Shown one piece after another: positions 1 through 9,993 of a DNA stretch of 64,000 nucleotides. Each line of letters opens with the position of its first letter. The first letter of the stretch is position 1. Source of the stretch: Nitrospirales bacterium (GTDB lineage Bacteria; Nitrospirota; Nitrospiria; Nitrospirales; UBA8639); contig CBDCWC010000003.1 of assembly GCA_965223295.1 (NCBI GenBank), forward strand, positions 224,001-288,000, read 5' to 3'. The position numbers and the translations under genes are program-made. A model generated the notes under the pieces. The model did not search any database. It saw nothing but the letters and a program-made list of their open reading frames with translations, and was not told the origin of the DNA.

Positions 1-2362
1 GGTTGTCACCACAGGCAGCGGCCATTGGAAACGCCGCCGCGAGTAAATCCTCCGCACGCATACGTTGAAGATGAACGGGAACCCGTTTGCCATTTTGAAA
101 CCGCAGCATTGCCAGAGATCGGCTGACATTCCAACGCCATCGTGTGAGAAACAACGGCGTGGCTAATGTGGCTTGAATCAAAACCTCCCGCACGGTTTTG
201 GGCTGAAGGAACTGAAAAATCGTGTCCAGAGGAAAACTATGTTGTTCGCCAAGCGATAACACGACCCCATCATCCGTCGCGGCGGCTTGCAGTTCAAAAT
301 CAAAATTCAGACAAAACCGTTTACGCAACGCCAACCCCCATGCGCGATTGAGCCTCCCGCCATACGGCGCATGCAGCACTAGCTGCATCCCTCCTGCTTC
401 GTCAAAAAAACGTTCGGCAATAATACAATCTTGTGTGGGCACGCTCCCTAAAATCTGCACACCACCGGCCACATAGGCCAACAATTGATCGGCTCCTGCT
501 GCATCAACGCCACATTCCTTGAGTAACTGTTGTCGGGCTGCAGCATCTCCTGTTGTCGCTCCAGACTTGATCATCTGATGAATGGTATTCCGTAAAGACC
601 CAACAGCCTGCGAAAGCTCTCGTGATCGCGATGGCGCTTCGCCGCGCCAAAAAGGAATATTAGGTGGTTGTCCGTGGGCATCTTTGACTCGAACCTTTCC
701 AGTTTCAATCCCTTTGATACGCCACGATGTGGTACCAAGCAACATGATATCACCCACTAAACTCTCAATGGCAAAATCTTCGTCGACCGTGCCTACGACC
801 GTCCCATCGGGTTCGGCGACCACCGAATAGGTAGCGGTGTCAGGGATGGCGCCTCCTGAAGTTAAGGCCGCTAACCGCCCACCCCGTCGAGGCCTCACAC
901 GGCCTTCCCGCCGGTCATAACTCACAAAGGCATATAACTGGCGGCGGCCAGGCACAAAACCATCAGCAATGAGTTGGATCAATGATTCAAAGGCTTCCCA
1001 GGAAAGATCTCGATAGGGATAAGCCGACCGGCATAAATTGTACAACGCTTGGACATCCCATTCCTGCGCAGCCACTTCTGCAATAATATGCTGAATCAAA
1101 ATATCTATCGGAGCGGTCGGGATTTGAATCGTTTCTAATTGCCCCTGGCGAATTGCTCGAACCACCGCCGCACATTCCATCAACTCATCACGGGTGGTAC
1201 AAAACAAACGTCCCTTGGGAACAGCGCCGACCCTGTGACCTGCCCGCCCCACACGCTGCAGACACGTCGCAATGGCGCGTGGCGATCCAATTTGGCACAC
1301 CACATCAATGAACCCAATATCAATTCCCAGCTCTAATGAAGCCGTGGCTACCATGGTTCGAATTTGCCCAGTCTTGAGTCGCTCTTCCGCAGAAAGCCGC
1401 AGTTTTTTAGACAAACTCCCATGATGCGATGCCACCTGATCTTCACCTAATCGCTCACTCAAATGATGGGCAATGCGTTCGGCCAGACGGCGCGTATTCA
1501 CAAACACCAACGTCGAACGATGCTGCTCCGCTATAGCTGCAAGACGGTCATAGACCTCCGACCAAATCGCATTCGTGGCAATGGCCCCTAATTCATCATT
1601 AGGCACTTCAACTTGCAAATCCAACTTCCGACGATGTCCCACATCAACGATGTGACAGTCCGTCGATGCAAACAGCGACGCTTGCTGGTCCTTTTTTCGA
1701 TGTGTCGATTCACCAACCAAAAACTTCGCAACCTGCTCCAATGGCTTTTGGGTGGCAGATAGTCCAATACGGACTAACCGTTTTTTGGTTAAGGCATCCA
1801 ATCGCTCCAAGGACAGTGCTAAATGAGCGCCCCGCTTGTTCGGCGCCAGCGCATGAATCTCATCAACGATCACCGTATGCACACCTGTCAACAATTCACG
1901 GCTTCGTTTGGCCGTCACCATGAGGAACAAGGTTTCTGGAGTTGTAACTAAAATATGTGGAGGATGTTTGAGTAGGCGTTGCCGTTGCGCAGACGGCGTA
2001 TCCCCTGTCCGGACCTCTACCCGGATATTGGGACTCAGCAAACCAGCAGACAGCGCCCGTTGACTAATCTCGTCGAGCGGCTGTTGCAGATTTTTGTGAA
2101 TATCATGACTGAGTGCACGAAGGGGAGAGGCATACACAACTTGAATGCCATCAACCAATTCACCCTGAATCGCCTGATGTAACAGATGATCAATACATGT
2201 CAAAAATGCCGAGAGGGTTTTTCCAGAACCGGTAGGGGCCGAAATCAGGGCATGTCTCCCCGATTGAATCGCTGGCCAACTGGCTTGCTGCACATCCGTC
2301 GGTTCCCCCAAAGTCGAGGAGAACCATTCTTGAATCACTGGATGGAAAGATTGCAGGGGCAT
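1..2362 (-). CDS. lhr: Lhr-family DEAD/DEAH-box ATP-dependent helicase; the 3' part runs off the window start
   Basis: Manual minus-strand translation from ATG at 2362 gives MPLQSFHPVIQEWF. Motifs read: SAPTGSGKT (Walker A), IVDEIHA (motif II), TASLELGIDIG, LQRVGRAG (motif VI). Absent from the ORF track, consistent with no stop inside the window. Confidence 0.9.
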   Translation of the reverse strand, partial: MPLQSFHPVIQEWFSSTLGEPTDVQQASWPAIQSGRHALISAPTGSGKTLSAFLTCIDHLLHQAIQGELVDGIQVVYASPLRALSHDIHKNLQQPLDEISQRALSAGLLSPNIRVEVRTGDTPSAQRQRLLKHPPHILVTTPETLFLMVTAKRSRELLTGVHTVIVDEIHALAPNKRGAHLALSLERLDALTKKRLVRIGLSATQKPLEQVAKFLVGESTHRKKDQQASLFASTDCHIVDVGHRRKLDLQVEVPNDELGAIATNAIWSEVYDRLAAIAEQHRSTLVFVNTRRLAERIAHHLSERLGEDQVASHHGSLSKKLRLSAEERLKTGQIRTMVATASLELGIDIGFIDVVCQIGSPRAIATCLQRVGRAGHRVGAVPKGRLFCTTRDELMECAAVVRAIRQGQLETIQIPTAPIDILIQHIIAEVAAQEWDVQALYNLCRSAYPYRDLSWEAFESLIQLIADGFVPGRRQLYAFVSYDRREGRVRPRRGGRLAALTSGGAIPDTATYSVVAEPDGTVVGTVDEDFAIESLVGDIMLLGTTSWRIKGIETGKVRVKDAHGQPPNIPFWRGEAPSRSRELSQAVGSLRNTIHQMIKSGATTGDAAARQQLLKECGVDAAGADQLLAYVAGGVQILGSVPTQDCIIAERFFDEAGGMQLVLHAPYGGRLNRAWGLALRKRFCLNFDFELQAAATDDGVVLSLGEQHSFPLDTIFQFLQPKTVREVLIQATLATPLFLTRWRWNVSRSLAMLRFQNGKRVPVHLQRMRAEDLLAAAFPMAAACGDN

Positions 2363-2387
2363 AGGTCAATGCCTCATCTCTTAGAAA

Positions 2388-2578
2388 GGGTCTGTTGAAA
2401 AAAGCCGCCAGCGGCGTTCTCACTCTTTTTCCGTGCTCACGTAGTGCCAGTACGCTCCGCGCGCAAAAAGAGCTGCGGCCTTGCTGGTCGGACTTTTTTG
2501 AACCGACCCGAGGCTGTTGATCGCCAAGGGCTTACTGTCGAAATATGGCCTTTAATATCTTCATTATTCAACACTCGC
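2388..2578 (+). repeat. ~190-bp structured dispersed repeat (MITE/REPIN-like), copy 1
   Basis: Ends GGGTCTGTTGAA ... TTCAACACTCGC. Similar to 6726-6916 and to the reverse complement of 11119-11307. Nested internal inverted repeats. Confidence 0.85.
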
Positions 2579-2629
2579 AGAGAAGGGATCTAGAGATTGT
2601 AACAAGTATCTGACCGAAATCCATCATTA

Positions 2630-2665
2630 CCCCCTCCTTTGTAAGGAGGGGACTAAGGGGAGGTA
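2630..2665. repeat. Short REP-like GC-rich palindrome
   Basis: CCCCTCCTT-TGT-AAGGAGGGG followed by ACTAAGGGGAGG, just downstream of the stop of the 2701-3621 gene. Confidence 0.5.
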
Positions 2666-2700
2666 GAATCTCAGGCTAGACGGAAAAATTCATATGTACC

Positions 2701-3621
2701 TCACCGATACACAGATAAATACACCTCGTCAGATTGTTTCTTGATCCACGGAAATCGGAATAACGTCCTGGTCTGGCTGGAATATTGCCCAATATTGACC
2801 TGCTGCCATATCCCTCGTTTGAAATCAGCTCTCCCGGTTCCCTCGCTCAAGAATCCAGCATATCGGACATCGGTAAAAAAACTCACTCCCCAACTATTGG
2901 TCCAGGAAGGTTGACATTTCTTTACATAGTCGTCCACCTGAAAAAGAAGTGCGTGAATTTTTGCAAGATCAACCATGACCGATTCTGACGTTAGGAGAAA
3001 CAACACGGAATGCCCATCAGGTATTTTGATAAGGCCGATGGTCTTTTCTAACTTCTTACAGACAGCCGCATCAATAGAATACGTATCTGGTTTACCCTCA
3101 TCACCTTTGGGAATAGCTAGAGTTTTCGGAGACTTCTTGTGACAGACAAATTTTAAATCAGCTGGTGGACAGTCCCAACGCAATTGCACACCAAATTGCT
3201 CAATGTCATCGAGCAATGACGGCAGCCGAGGATTTAAGATCATCGTATCTTGAATCGATTCACCAGGAACCAGTTTAATCACTTGTGAGCCAAGCTTCCA
3301 ATCTTGAACAGGTTGTTTAACCTTACTCCCTTCCTCATCCATACGAACTACCGAGAACCATTTTGAATCATTCGGAGGATTCCAAGGCAAATCCCGAATA
3401 TTCACCGTCGTCACCTCGTCGCTGATATTCGTTACATGCACATGTAGCGCATACACCTGCACTTGAGGTTTTTTTAAAAACACCTCCATTGCCAACGGCA
3501 AACGTGGCTCTTCTTCATTATCAATAGCAAAGCTGCTTGTTGGATCAAGGCTCGCAAGCAATGCCCAGACACAACAGACGAATCGAAAACCCGCAACTGG
3601 CTTCATGGAATCAACCAACAA
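2701..3621 (-). CDS. Hypothetical exported protein (306 aa)
   Basis: Long ORF with a signal-like N-terminus (RFVCCVWALLASLDPTSSFA). No family recognised. Confidence 0.7.
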   Translation of the reverse strand: MLVDSMKPVAGFRFVCCVWALLASLDPTSSFAIDNEEEPRLPLAMEVFLKKPQVQVYALHVHVTNISDEVTTVNIRDLPWNPPNDSKWFSVVRMDEEGSKVKQPVQDWKLGSQVIKLVPGESIQDTMILNPRLPSLLDDIEQFGVQLRWDCPPADLKFVCHKKSPKTLAIPKGDEGKPDTYSIDAAVCKKLEKTIGLIKIPDGHSVLFLLTSESVMVDLAKIHALLFQVDDYVKKCQPSWTNSWGVSFFTDVRYAGFLSEGTGRADFKRGIWQQVNIGQYSSQTRTLFRFPWIKKQSDEVYLSVYR

Positions 3622-3841
3622 AATAGAGCGGCTAGATCGTTCTTCTCGGTTTTCTCGTTCATCATGGAAAAGAGTAGGAACATAAGCCTAATGTAAGGAA
3701 ATGGTCAAATCCTCATAGGTTTATCAAAGAAGTTAAGGATCTCAATATCTTATGACCTCACTCCTTCGGCAACACCCTAAGTCCATCTCTTACAGCCATT
3801 TTAATAGAGCATATTGAATAGGCTTCATTCCGGTTTTAAAC

Positions 3842-3879
3842 GTATCTTTTTAGATACAAATTTTATCCAAAGAGATACA
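3842..3879. promoter_or_regulatory. Tandem palindromic operator, putative sigma-54 activator (bEBP) binding sites
   Basis: GTATCT-N4-AGATAC (3842-3857) and TTATCC-N4-AGATAC (3863-3878), 21 bp apart. Same arrangement at 60061-60098. Confidence 0.6.
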
Positions 3880-3989
3880 TTTTTCAGAATAAATAATTCA
3901 CTCTGCTAAGCAACGTTATTATGCTGTACACAACATTCTTATAAAAGAAATTAGCGGTCAAGAATCTGTGACCGTAACAAAAAGGCACA

Positions 3990-4005
3990 TGGTATAGCTC
4001 TTGCT
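3990..4005 (+). promoter_or_regulatory. Putative sigma-54 (-24/-12) promoter of the tyrosinase operon
   Basis: TGGTATAGCTCTTGCT has exact GG-N10-GC spacing with TTGC. Confidence 0.6.
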
Positions 4006-4357
4006 TCAATTTTAATCATTCTAGACTCAAGTACACTCATTAACCATTCAAGAAACTTCCGAGATAACAGAGCAGTCTGGAGCCATTCCTTCCTAAGACA
4101 ACAGCCGTGTATTTTTCATTCTAGAGGAAATATTTTAATATCCCAATTCATTAACAAAAACACCCTGAACCTTGTCGGAGTTTTTATTGATCACGTTCTT
4201 TCTCAATTGAATAAAATAGAGAAATGGCGTACCGTGAGCACAGCAAAGTACTTTCATGATTAACATGACAGCTTCGAGAAGTATGCGAAAAGTAAGCTAG
4301 GCCAGCAATACCCGTACACCATTATTCGAATATAAGACGCGACAAAGGAGAGCTTCC

Positions 4358-4834
4358 ATGAAAGTATGCGGTTTCATTCTTATATGTCTTGTCATTCTTG
4401 TAGGCACAGACCTACCTGCTATGTCGTCAAAACCCTCCAGTCTTGCAAATATGACCTGCCATATCTCTACCCCAGATACGAAGGGCTGCACTGGAATCCC
4501 AACACTTCGCTCTGGGACATTGCATATTCAAGAGGATAATGCATTTGAACTCACGGCCCATTACGACGGATGTTTTTTTATGGAAGATGTAAGAAAAACT
4601 GGGAAATTTCAAGTCTCCCATTTCAACAACACAATGAGCCTTGAACTCTTGACCACTCAAACCAAAGGCGTAAAAGACACAACGAGCGATTTCCCAAGAA
4701 CGCTGGGGTTTGCCAATTTGAACAACGACAAGCTGGATGGGTATTTCGTCGACATCTCTGCAGTGATCCGAGGGCGCGGGCGCGAAACCAAAGACGTCAT
4801 TACTTCAACATTACAATGCAAGGCGTATGAATAA
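4358..4834 (+). CDS. Hypothetical secreted protein (158 aa) with four Cys in the mature region
   Basis: AGGAG RBS and signal peptide MKVCGFILICLVILVG. Same strand as the caddie and tyrosinase genes. Confidence 0.65.
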   Translation: MKVCGFILICLVILVGTDLPAMSSKPSSLANMTCHISTPDTKGCTGIPTLRSGTLHIQEDNAFELTAHYDGCFFMEDVRKTGKFQVSHFNNTMSLELLTTQTKGVKDTTSDFPRTLGFANLNNDKLDGYFVDISAVIRGRGRETKDVITSTLQCKAYE

Positions 4835-4911
4835 GTAAACGATCTCAATGCAAATATTTTTCAAAACTACAGTCTTTCTCTTTACCCTCATTTCACAAAA
4901 GGAGTTCCATC

Positions 4912-5127
4912 ATGGCAAATCATAAGGAAACACTTGAAGGTTGCGTGATTGAGATTACAAACGAAAAGACGTTGACCATCAACGGAAAGGAAATCGATTA
5001 CGAACAAGATGTCACCCAAAATAAATGGTCAACAAAGTACTTACCTTATACGAAATTTAATTCATTACTGGAAATGGCCAGAGCAATTGTGAAAGACACG
5101 GTTGAATTTTCTACCGCACATCAATAG
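4912..5127 (+). CDS. melC1: Minimal tyrosinase cofactor/caddie (MelC1-like) protein, 71 aa
   Basis: AAGGAG RBS, directly upstream of the tyrosinase. LTINGKEIDY...KWSTKYLPY...LLEMARAIV parallels the MelC1 core as recalled (VFIDGVELHV...SWISVVSHY...RAAARAAV). Confidence 0.65.
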   Translation: MANHKETLEGCVIEITNEKTLTINGKEIDYEQDVTQNKWSTKYLPYTKFNSLLEMARAIVKDTVEFSTAHQ

Positions 5128-5160
5128 TCAACATGAAGAGAAGCATACAAGGAGGTTCTT

Positions 5161-6633
5161 ATGGCTATTCGAAAAGATGCCAACACTCTCACGACTGCTG
5201 AACGAGAAGAATTCGTGGCAGCCGTCAAGGCTGTAAAAGCAGAAGGTCTCTACGACCAGTTTGTGCTTCGTCATGCCAATGCAATCATGAACGCTATTCA
5301 TCGGTCGCCAGCCTTTCTTCCTTGGCACCGCCGTTTTATTTATGATCTTGAGTTAGAACTTCAACGTGTTTCTGGAAATCCGGATCTGGGGATACCCTAT
5401 TGGAACTGGCCATCTGGAGGAGCAAGTGCCTCGATGTGGAATGACGACTTACTTGGTGGAGATGGAGACGCAGGGGGAGTCGTACGGACTGGTCCCTTCC
5501 GAGCGGGCGAATGGACAATAGTAAACTCTAGCGGCGTATCGGCTGGCCCACTGCTTCGCACACTTGGGCAACAGACACCCAATCTGCCTACCCAAGCAGA
5601 AATTAATCAAGTCCTAGCCGTTACTCCTTACGATGTGGCGCCCTGGAATACAAGCAGCAATCCCAGTTTTCGCAATCAACTCGAAGGCTGGATCGGCCCC
5701 AATCTGCATAATCGCGGACATGTCTGGGTTGGTGGGTCAATGCTGCCCATGACCTCGCCGAACGATCCAGTTTTTTACATGAATCACTGTATGGTGGATA
5801 AGGTCTGGCATGATTGGCAAGTGCAGTTCCCTAATCAAGGATACCTTCCCGAAACCGGTGGCCCATTTGGACAAAACTTAAACGATCCAATGGATAGCAC
5901 TCCGTCTGGTCTTATAGGACCACGTCCCATCGATGTCTTAGATAGTGCTGCCCTAGGTATCGAATATGATGACGGTGGAATCAGCATACCGGAACCAACC
6001 CTCATTGTCGTTGGCGACAATCCGACACCTGCAGAGATTGGCGCCCCAGGAGAAACTGATGTTTACCGGTTTGAGGTCACTGAATTCGGCCAGTATACCA
6101 TGTTTACCACCGGACCATCGGATACCTTTATGTCTCTCTTTGGCCCCAACGATCCAACTGCTCAGGTGGCCTCAAATGATGACGGCGGTGAAAATTTCAA
6201 CTCACAAATAAGCCTCAATCTCTCGGCCGGAACGTATTTTTTACACGTCCGCCTCTTTAGTCCGAGCACAACAGGAGACTATATGGTGAGGGTACGTGCC
6301 GACAGCAATATCCCCAATCCTATTCCTGAACTCATTGTGGATGGGGCGAACGTCAATGCAGCCATCTCTGCCGGAAATGAAAGCGATCTCTACCGATTTC
6401 AAATTACCGCGGAGGCTACGTACAGTATTCTGACGAATGGAACAACAGATACCTTTCTCACTCTGCATGGTCCGAACAGTCAGATTCCAGAAATTGCTAG
6501 CAATGACGATGGAGGTGCTTCGTTCAATGCCCATATCCGCCAGCAGTTGGCACCAGGTGAATATTTTGCACGTGTACGACACTTTTCGCCTTTTGGAACT
6601 GGCCCCTATTCCATCCGCGTAACCCGCGATTGA
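5161..6633 (+). CDS. melC2: Tyrosinase (type-3 copper) with two C-terminal PPC/DVUA0089-like domains
   Basis: CuA His: LRH, AIHRSPAFLPWHR. CuB His: LHNRGHVWVGG, SPNDPVFYMNH. Two repeats of D.YRF...DTF..L.GP...ASNDDGG..FN..I...L..G.Y. Confidence 0.92.
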   Translation: MAIRKDANTLTTAEREEFVAAVKAVKAEGLYDQFVLRHANAIMNAIHRSPAFLPWHRRFIYDLELELQRVSGNPDLGIPYWNWPSGGASASMWNDDLLGGDGDAGGVVRTGPFRAGEWTIVNSSGVSAGPLLRTLGQQTPNLPTQAEINQVLAVTPYDVAPWNTSSNPSFRNQLEGWIGPNLHNRGHVWVGGSMLPMTSPNDPVFYMNHCMVDKVWHDWQVQFPNQGYLPETGGPFGQNLNDPMDSTPSGLIGPRPIDVLDSAALGIEYDDGGISIPEPTLIVVGDNPTPAEIGAPGETDVYRFEVTEFGQYTMFTTGPSDTFMSLFGPNDPTAQVASNDDGGENFNSQISLNLSAGTYFLHVRLFSPSTTGDYMVRVRADSNIPNPIPELIVDGANVNAAISAGNESDLYRFQITAEATYSILTNGTTDTFLTLHGPNSQIPEIASNDDGGASFNAHIRQQLAPGEYFARVRHFSPFGTGPYSIRVTRD

Positions 6634-6639
6634 GGCTAA

Positions 6640-6672
6640 AAACCGGCATGCTGTGTGACAGCATGCCGGTTT
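6640..6672. terminator. Intrinsic terminator hairpin after the tyrosinase, possibly bidirectional
   Basis: 15-bp perfect stem AAACCGGCATGCTGT-gtg-ACAGCATGCCGGTTT, starting 7 bp after the stop codon. Confidence 0.8.
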
Positions 6673-6725
6673 CTACTACTTCTCAGGCTCAAAGGGTCAT
6701 AAGCCAGCTATTCAAATCTAGGTAT

Positions 6726-6916
6726 GGGGCTGTTGAAAAAAGCCATCAGCGGCGTTCTCGCCATTTTTCCGTGCTCACGTAGTACCAGTACGCTCCGCGC
6801 GCAAAAATGGCTGCGGCCTTGCTGGATGTACTTTTTTGAACCGCCCCGAAGCTGTTGGTATCCTACGTGATCATAAGCAAATTTGTCTCTCGTGTTTTGT
6901 ATTATTCAACAATCCC
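6726..6916 (+). repeat. ~190-bp structured dispersed repeat, copy 2
   Basis: GGGGCTGTTGAA ... TTCAACAATCCC. First ~130 bp is close to copy 1; the distal part is divergent but the total length is the same. Confidence 0.85.
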
Positions 6917-7054
6917 GGTATCATCGATGAAATCACTCTTGCGATCTCTTGGTGGAGTTGAGTGCGCTAGCTCAAGAGTAGTAAGCGCTCCCTAGGCCAT
7001 AGGGCTTTTGGCTTAGAGACCAAACTAGGCCTGATTTGATACCTTGCACTTCGC

Positions 7055-8125
7055 ATGGAAATTGGTATCGTCGGCCTGCCCAACGTTGGCAAATCAACTA
7101 TCTTTAATGCTTTGACCTCCGGAGGCGCAGCTGCCTCTAATTATCCCTTTACCACCATTGAACCAAATGTTGGCGTCGTAGCTGTACCTGACCTGCGCCT
7201 AGCTCGCCTCACCGAACTCTTCCAACCCAAAAAGACTATCCCCGCCTCCTGCCGGTTTGTCGATATTGCAGGACTCGTGAAAGGCGCTGCCCAAGGAGAA
7301 GGGCTCGGAAATAAATTTCTAGCCAATATCCGTGAAGTAGATGCCATCCTCCATATGGTCCGCCTGTTTGAAGATGCCGATGTGGTCCATACCATGGGCA
7401 GTGTCAATTCCAAGCGTGATATTGAAATTATTGAAATGGAACTGATGCTGGCAGACTTGGACAGCCTGAGTCGCCAATTTGATAAGGTCTCTGGCAAGGC
7501 CAAATCAGGAGATACAGCTTCGAAAGAGACGCTAGCAATTTTGGAAACACTCAAAGCTGGACTCGAAGAAGGCAAGCCTGCTCGCGCACTTGGAATTGAG
7601 CCAGATATTTTGAAAGGCTATTTTCTCCTCACAGCCAAGCCAATATTCTATGTAGGGAACATCGACGAAAATCCTGACTCAGCTGTGATCTCTGAATTCC
7701 AAACCTTCGCAAAATCCCGTGGCTCTGAATCAGTCGTCATCTGTGGCAAACTGGAAAGCGAAATTGCTGAGCTCTCCGGTGAAGACCGTGAACTATTCAT
7801 GAAAGATCTCGGGATGGAACAAAGTGGCTTAGAGAAAGTGATTGTCGGCGCCTATGCCACACTGGGCCTGTGTTCATACTTTACCTGTGGTCCACAGGAA
7901 GTTCGCGCTTGGACCATTCCTCTGAATGCTAAGGCGCCTCAAGCCGCAGGCGTAATCCATACCGATTTTGAAAAAGGCTTTATCAAAGCTGACATTTATA
8001 GCTTCACGGATATCGATCAACATCGTTCCGAAACCCAATTACGCGAAAAGGGCTTGATCCGCTCCGAAGGCAAGGAATACATCGTCAAAGATGGCGATGT
8101 CTGTCACTTTAAATTTAACGTCTGA
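7055..8125 (+). CDS. ychF: Redox-regulated ATPase YchF (Obg family)
   Basis: GIVGLPNVGKST, NYPFTTIEPN, DIAGLVKGA, GEGLGNKFL, C-terminal EGKEYIVKDGD. Confidence 0.97.
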   Translation: MEIGIVGLPNVGKSTIFNALTSGGAAASNYPFTTIEPNVGVVAVPDLRLARLTELFQPKKTIPASCRFVDIAGLVKGAAQGEGLGNKFLANIREVDAILHMVRLFEDADVVHTMGSVNSKRDIEIIEMELMLADLDSLSRQFDKVSGKAKSGDTASKETLAILETLKAGLEEGKPARALGIEPDILKGYFLLTAKPIFYVGNIDENPDSAVISEFQTFAKSRGSESVVICGKLESEIAELSGEDRELFMKDLGMEQSGLEKVIVGAYATLGLCSYFTCGPQEVRAWTIPLNAKAPQAAGVIHTDFEKGFIKADIYSFTDIDQHRSETQLREKGLIRSEGKEYIVKDGDVCHFKFNV

Positions 8126-8374
8126 TCCATGGATCTGCTATTCTATGAGTTTTTTCATTAGCCTCTAGCGAATTCATAGTTTTGTATTTTTTTGACCCTG
8201 CATGAATGATAAAGTTAGGATACTTAGCCTGCCTTCGGCATTAGACTTAAAAAATCCTCTCAAAATTTTTAGAACAACCCTACTCCTCCTTCTCGGTGAA
8301 CCAATTGACAATAACCCTCTCTATTTATCCTGTATTTTTGGTAAGTTAGTGAACAGATTTCGAGAAGAATATCT

Positions 8375-9628
8375 ATGTCAGCTCGCGTCGTAATTACAGG
8401 CATGGGGGTTGTTTCCCCTATTGGCATCGGGATTTCTCAATTTTGGGAGGCTGCCCTTCGTGGCGAATCCGGCATTACCCCTATTGAATCATTTGGGACT
8501 TTCCCCATCGAGGGCTACCGGTCACAAATAGCTGGGCAGGTCACAACCTTTCAACCACCAGATCCTGATGATGACAAATTTTGCTCCCGCGTTGATCGTT
8601 ACGCTCAAATGGCCTTGATAGCCACTCAAGAAGCCGTTCAGCATAGTGGACTCTGTTTAGAACGTGAACGGGCTGAACGGCTGGGTGTCATTGCTGGTGT
8701 TGGCATGGGCGGCATGATGATGGGTGAACGTGAGTTGACGAACTTATACGAATCTCAGAAGCCTCATCGTGTCCATCCTAACTTTATTCCAACGATTACC
8801 CTGAACTCGGCTTCAGGTATTGTCGCCTTAGCCTTAGGCGCCAGAGGTCCTAATTTAACAGTCTCTACCGCCTGTTCATCCAGCATCCACGCCATTGGAC
8901 AGGCCATGCAGTGCATTCGTCAGGGGCAAGCTGATATGATGATCGCAACTGGAGCAGATGCCAGTATTACACCCCTCGTGTTTGCGGGCTTTTGCTCCTT
9001 ACGGGCCTTGTCTACAAGGTATCATGATCAACCCGGGCAAGCCTCACGCCCATTTGATCGCGGACGAGATGGCTTTGTGATGGGAGAAGGCGCTGGCACA
9101 TTAGTTTTAGAATCACTTCAACATGCCACTCGCCGGAAAGCACGGATTTATGCTGAAGTGGTAGGATATGGTTGCACGAGTGAAGCCTACCATATGGTGA
9201 TACCCAAAGAAGATGGTCTCGATATCGCTCGAACCATGACACTGGCACTCAACGATGCGAAACTTGAGTCCAAACACGTCGACTATGTCAACGCCCATGC
9301 CACCTCCACGGTTGTGGGCGATGAAGTAGAAGTGAAAGGCTTGCGCACGGTCTTTGGAAAACGCATGAATCATATTCTTGTGAATGCCACAAAGTCATTG
9401 ATCGGACATACATTAGGAGCTGCAGGAGCCATCGCCACCATTGCTACCACGCTGTCCATTCACAAAAAGATGGTTCATCCAACCGTAAACTATACCGATC
9501 CAGATCCTCACTGTGCCTTACCTGGGCTTTCCACAGAAGTTCAAAAGAAACCTATACGCGTGGCCCTGGTGAATGCCTTTGGATTCGGGAGCAACAATGC
9601 AGTCCTGGTTCTCAAGAAATATTCATGA
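8375..9628 (+). CDS. fabF: Beta-ketoacyl-ACP synthase II
   Basis: VVITGMG, STACSS (catalytic Cys), NAHATST, KSLIGHTLGAAG, NAFGFG. Confidence 0.93.
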   Translation: MSARVVITGMGVVSPIGIGISQFWEAALRGESGITPIESFGTFPIEGYRSQIAGQVTTFQPPDPDDDKFCSRVDRYAQMALIATQEAVQHSGLCLERERAERLGVIAGVGMGGMMMGERELTNLYESQKPHRVHPNFIPTITLNSASGIVALALGARGPNLTVSTACSSSIHAIGQAMQCIRQGQADMMIATGADASITPLVFAGFCSLRALSTRYHDQPGQASRPFDRGRDGFVMGEGAGTLVLESLQHATRRKARIYAEVVGYGCTSEAYHMVIPKEDGLDIARTMTLALNDAKLESKHVDYVNAHATSTVVGDEVEVKGLRTVFGKRMNHILVNATKSLIGHTLGAAGAIATIATTLSIHKKMVHPTVNYTDPDPHCALPGLSTEVQKKPIRVALVNAFGFGSNNAVLVLKKYS

Positions 9629-9993
9629 CGATGCCACTTTCCTCTTCCAACGGTCTTCATCAACAAGTCTATGATACTTTGGCGGATTACCTTCGCTGCG
9701 ACTCCACAACTCTGCACCCCGAAGATTCGCTTCGAGATGATTTAGGGCTGGATTCCTTACAAACCATCGAACTGGTCTATCAGGTCGAGTCTGTTTTTGA
9801 TATACAAATTCCAGATGAAGATTTCGGACGACTACGCACTATAGGTGAGGTCGTCACCTACCTTGGTGAACGAACCGGTCACCCACAGAATCATATTTCA
9901 CCTCTGACTAACTCCATCCAAAGCACCAGGCCAACAACCAATTCAACATCTCAATCAAAATCTCGCTCGCAATCAAAGACGTCACGTTCATGA
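9625..9993 (+). CDS. acpP: Acyl carrier protein with an S/T-rich C-terminal tail
   Basis: [12 protein letters not shown] phosphopantetheine motif. ATGA overlaps with fabF and with lpxD. Confidence 0.85.
   Translation: MTMPLSSSNGLHQQVYDTLADYLRCDSTTLHPEDSLRDDLGLDSLQTIELVYQVESVFDIQIPDEDFGRLRTIGEVVTYLGERTGHPQNHISPLTNSIQSTRPTTNSTSQSKSRSQSKTSRS

Noticed and set aside
166-2423. Many short ORFs in the track
   Set aside because: They overlap the long minus-strand Lhr frame, which the track missed because it is open at the window edge.
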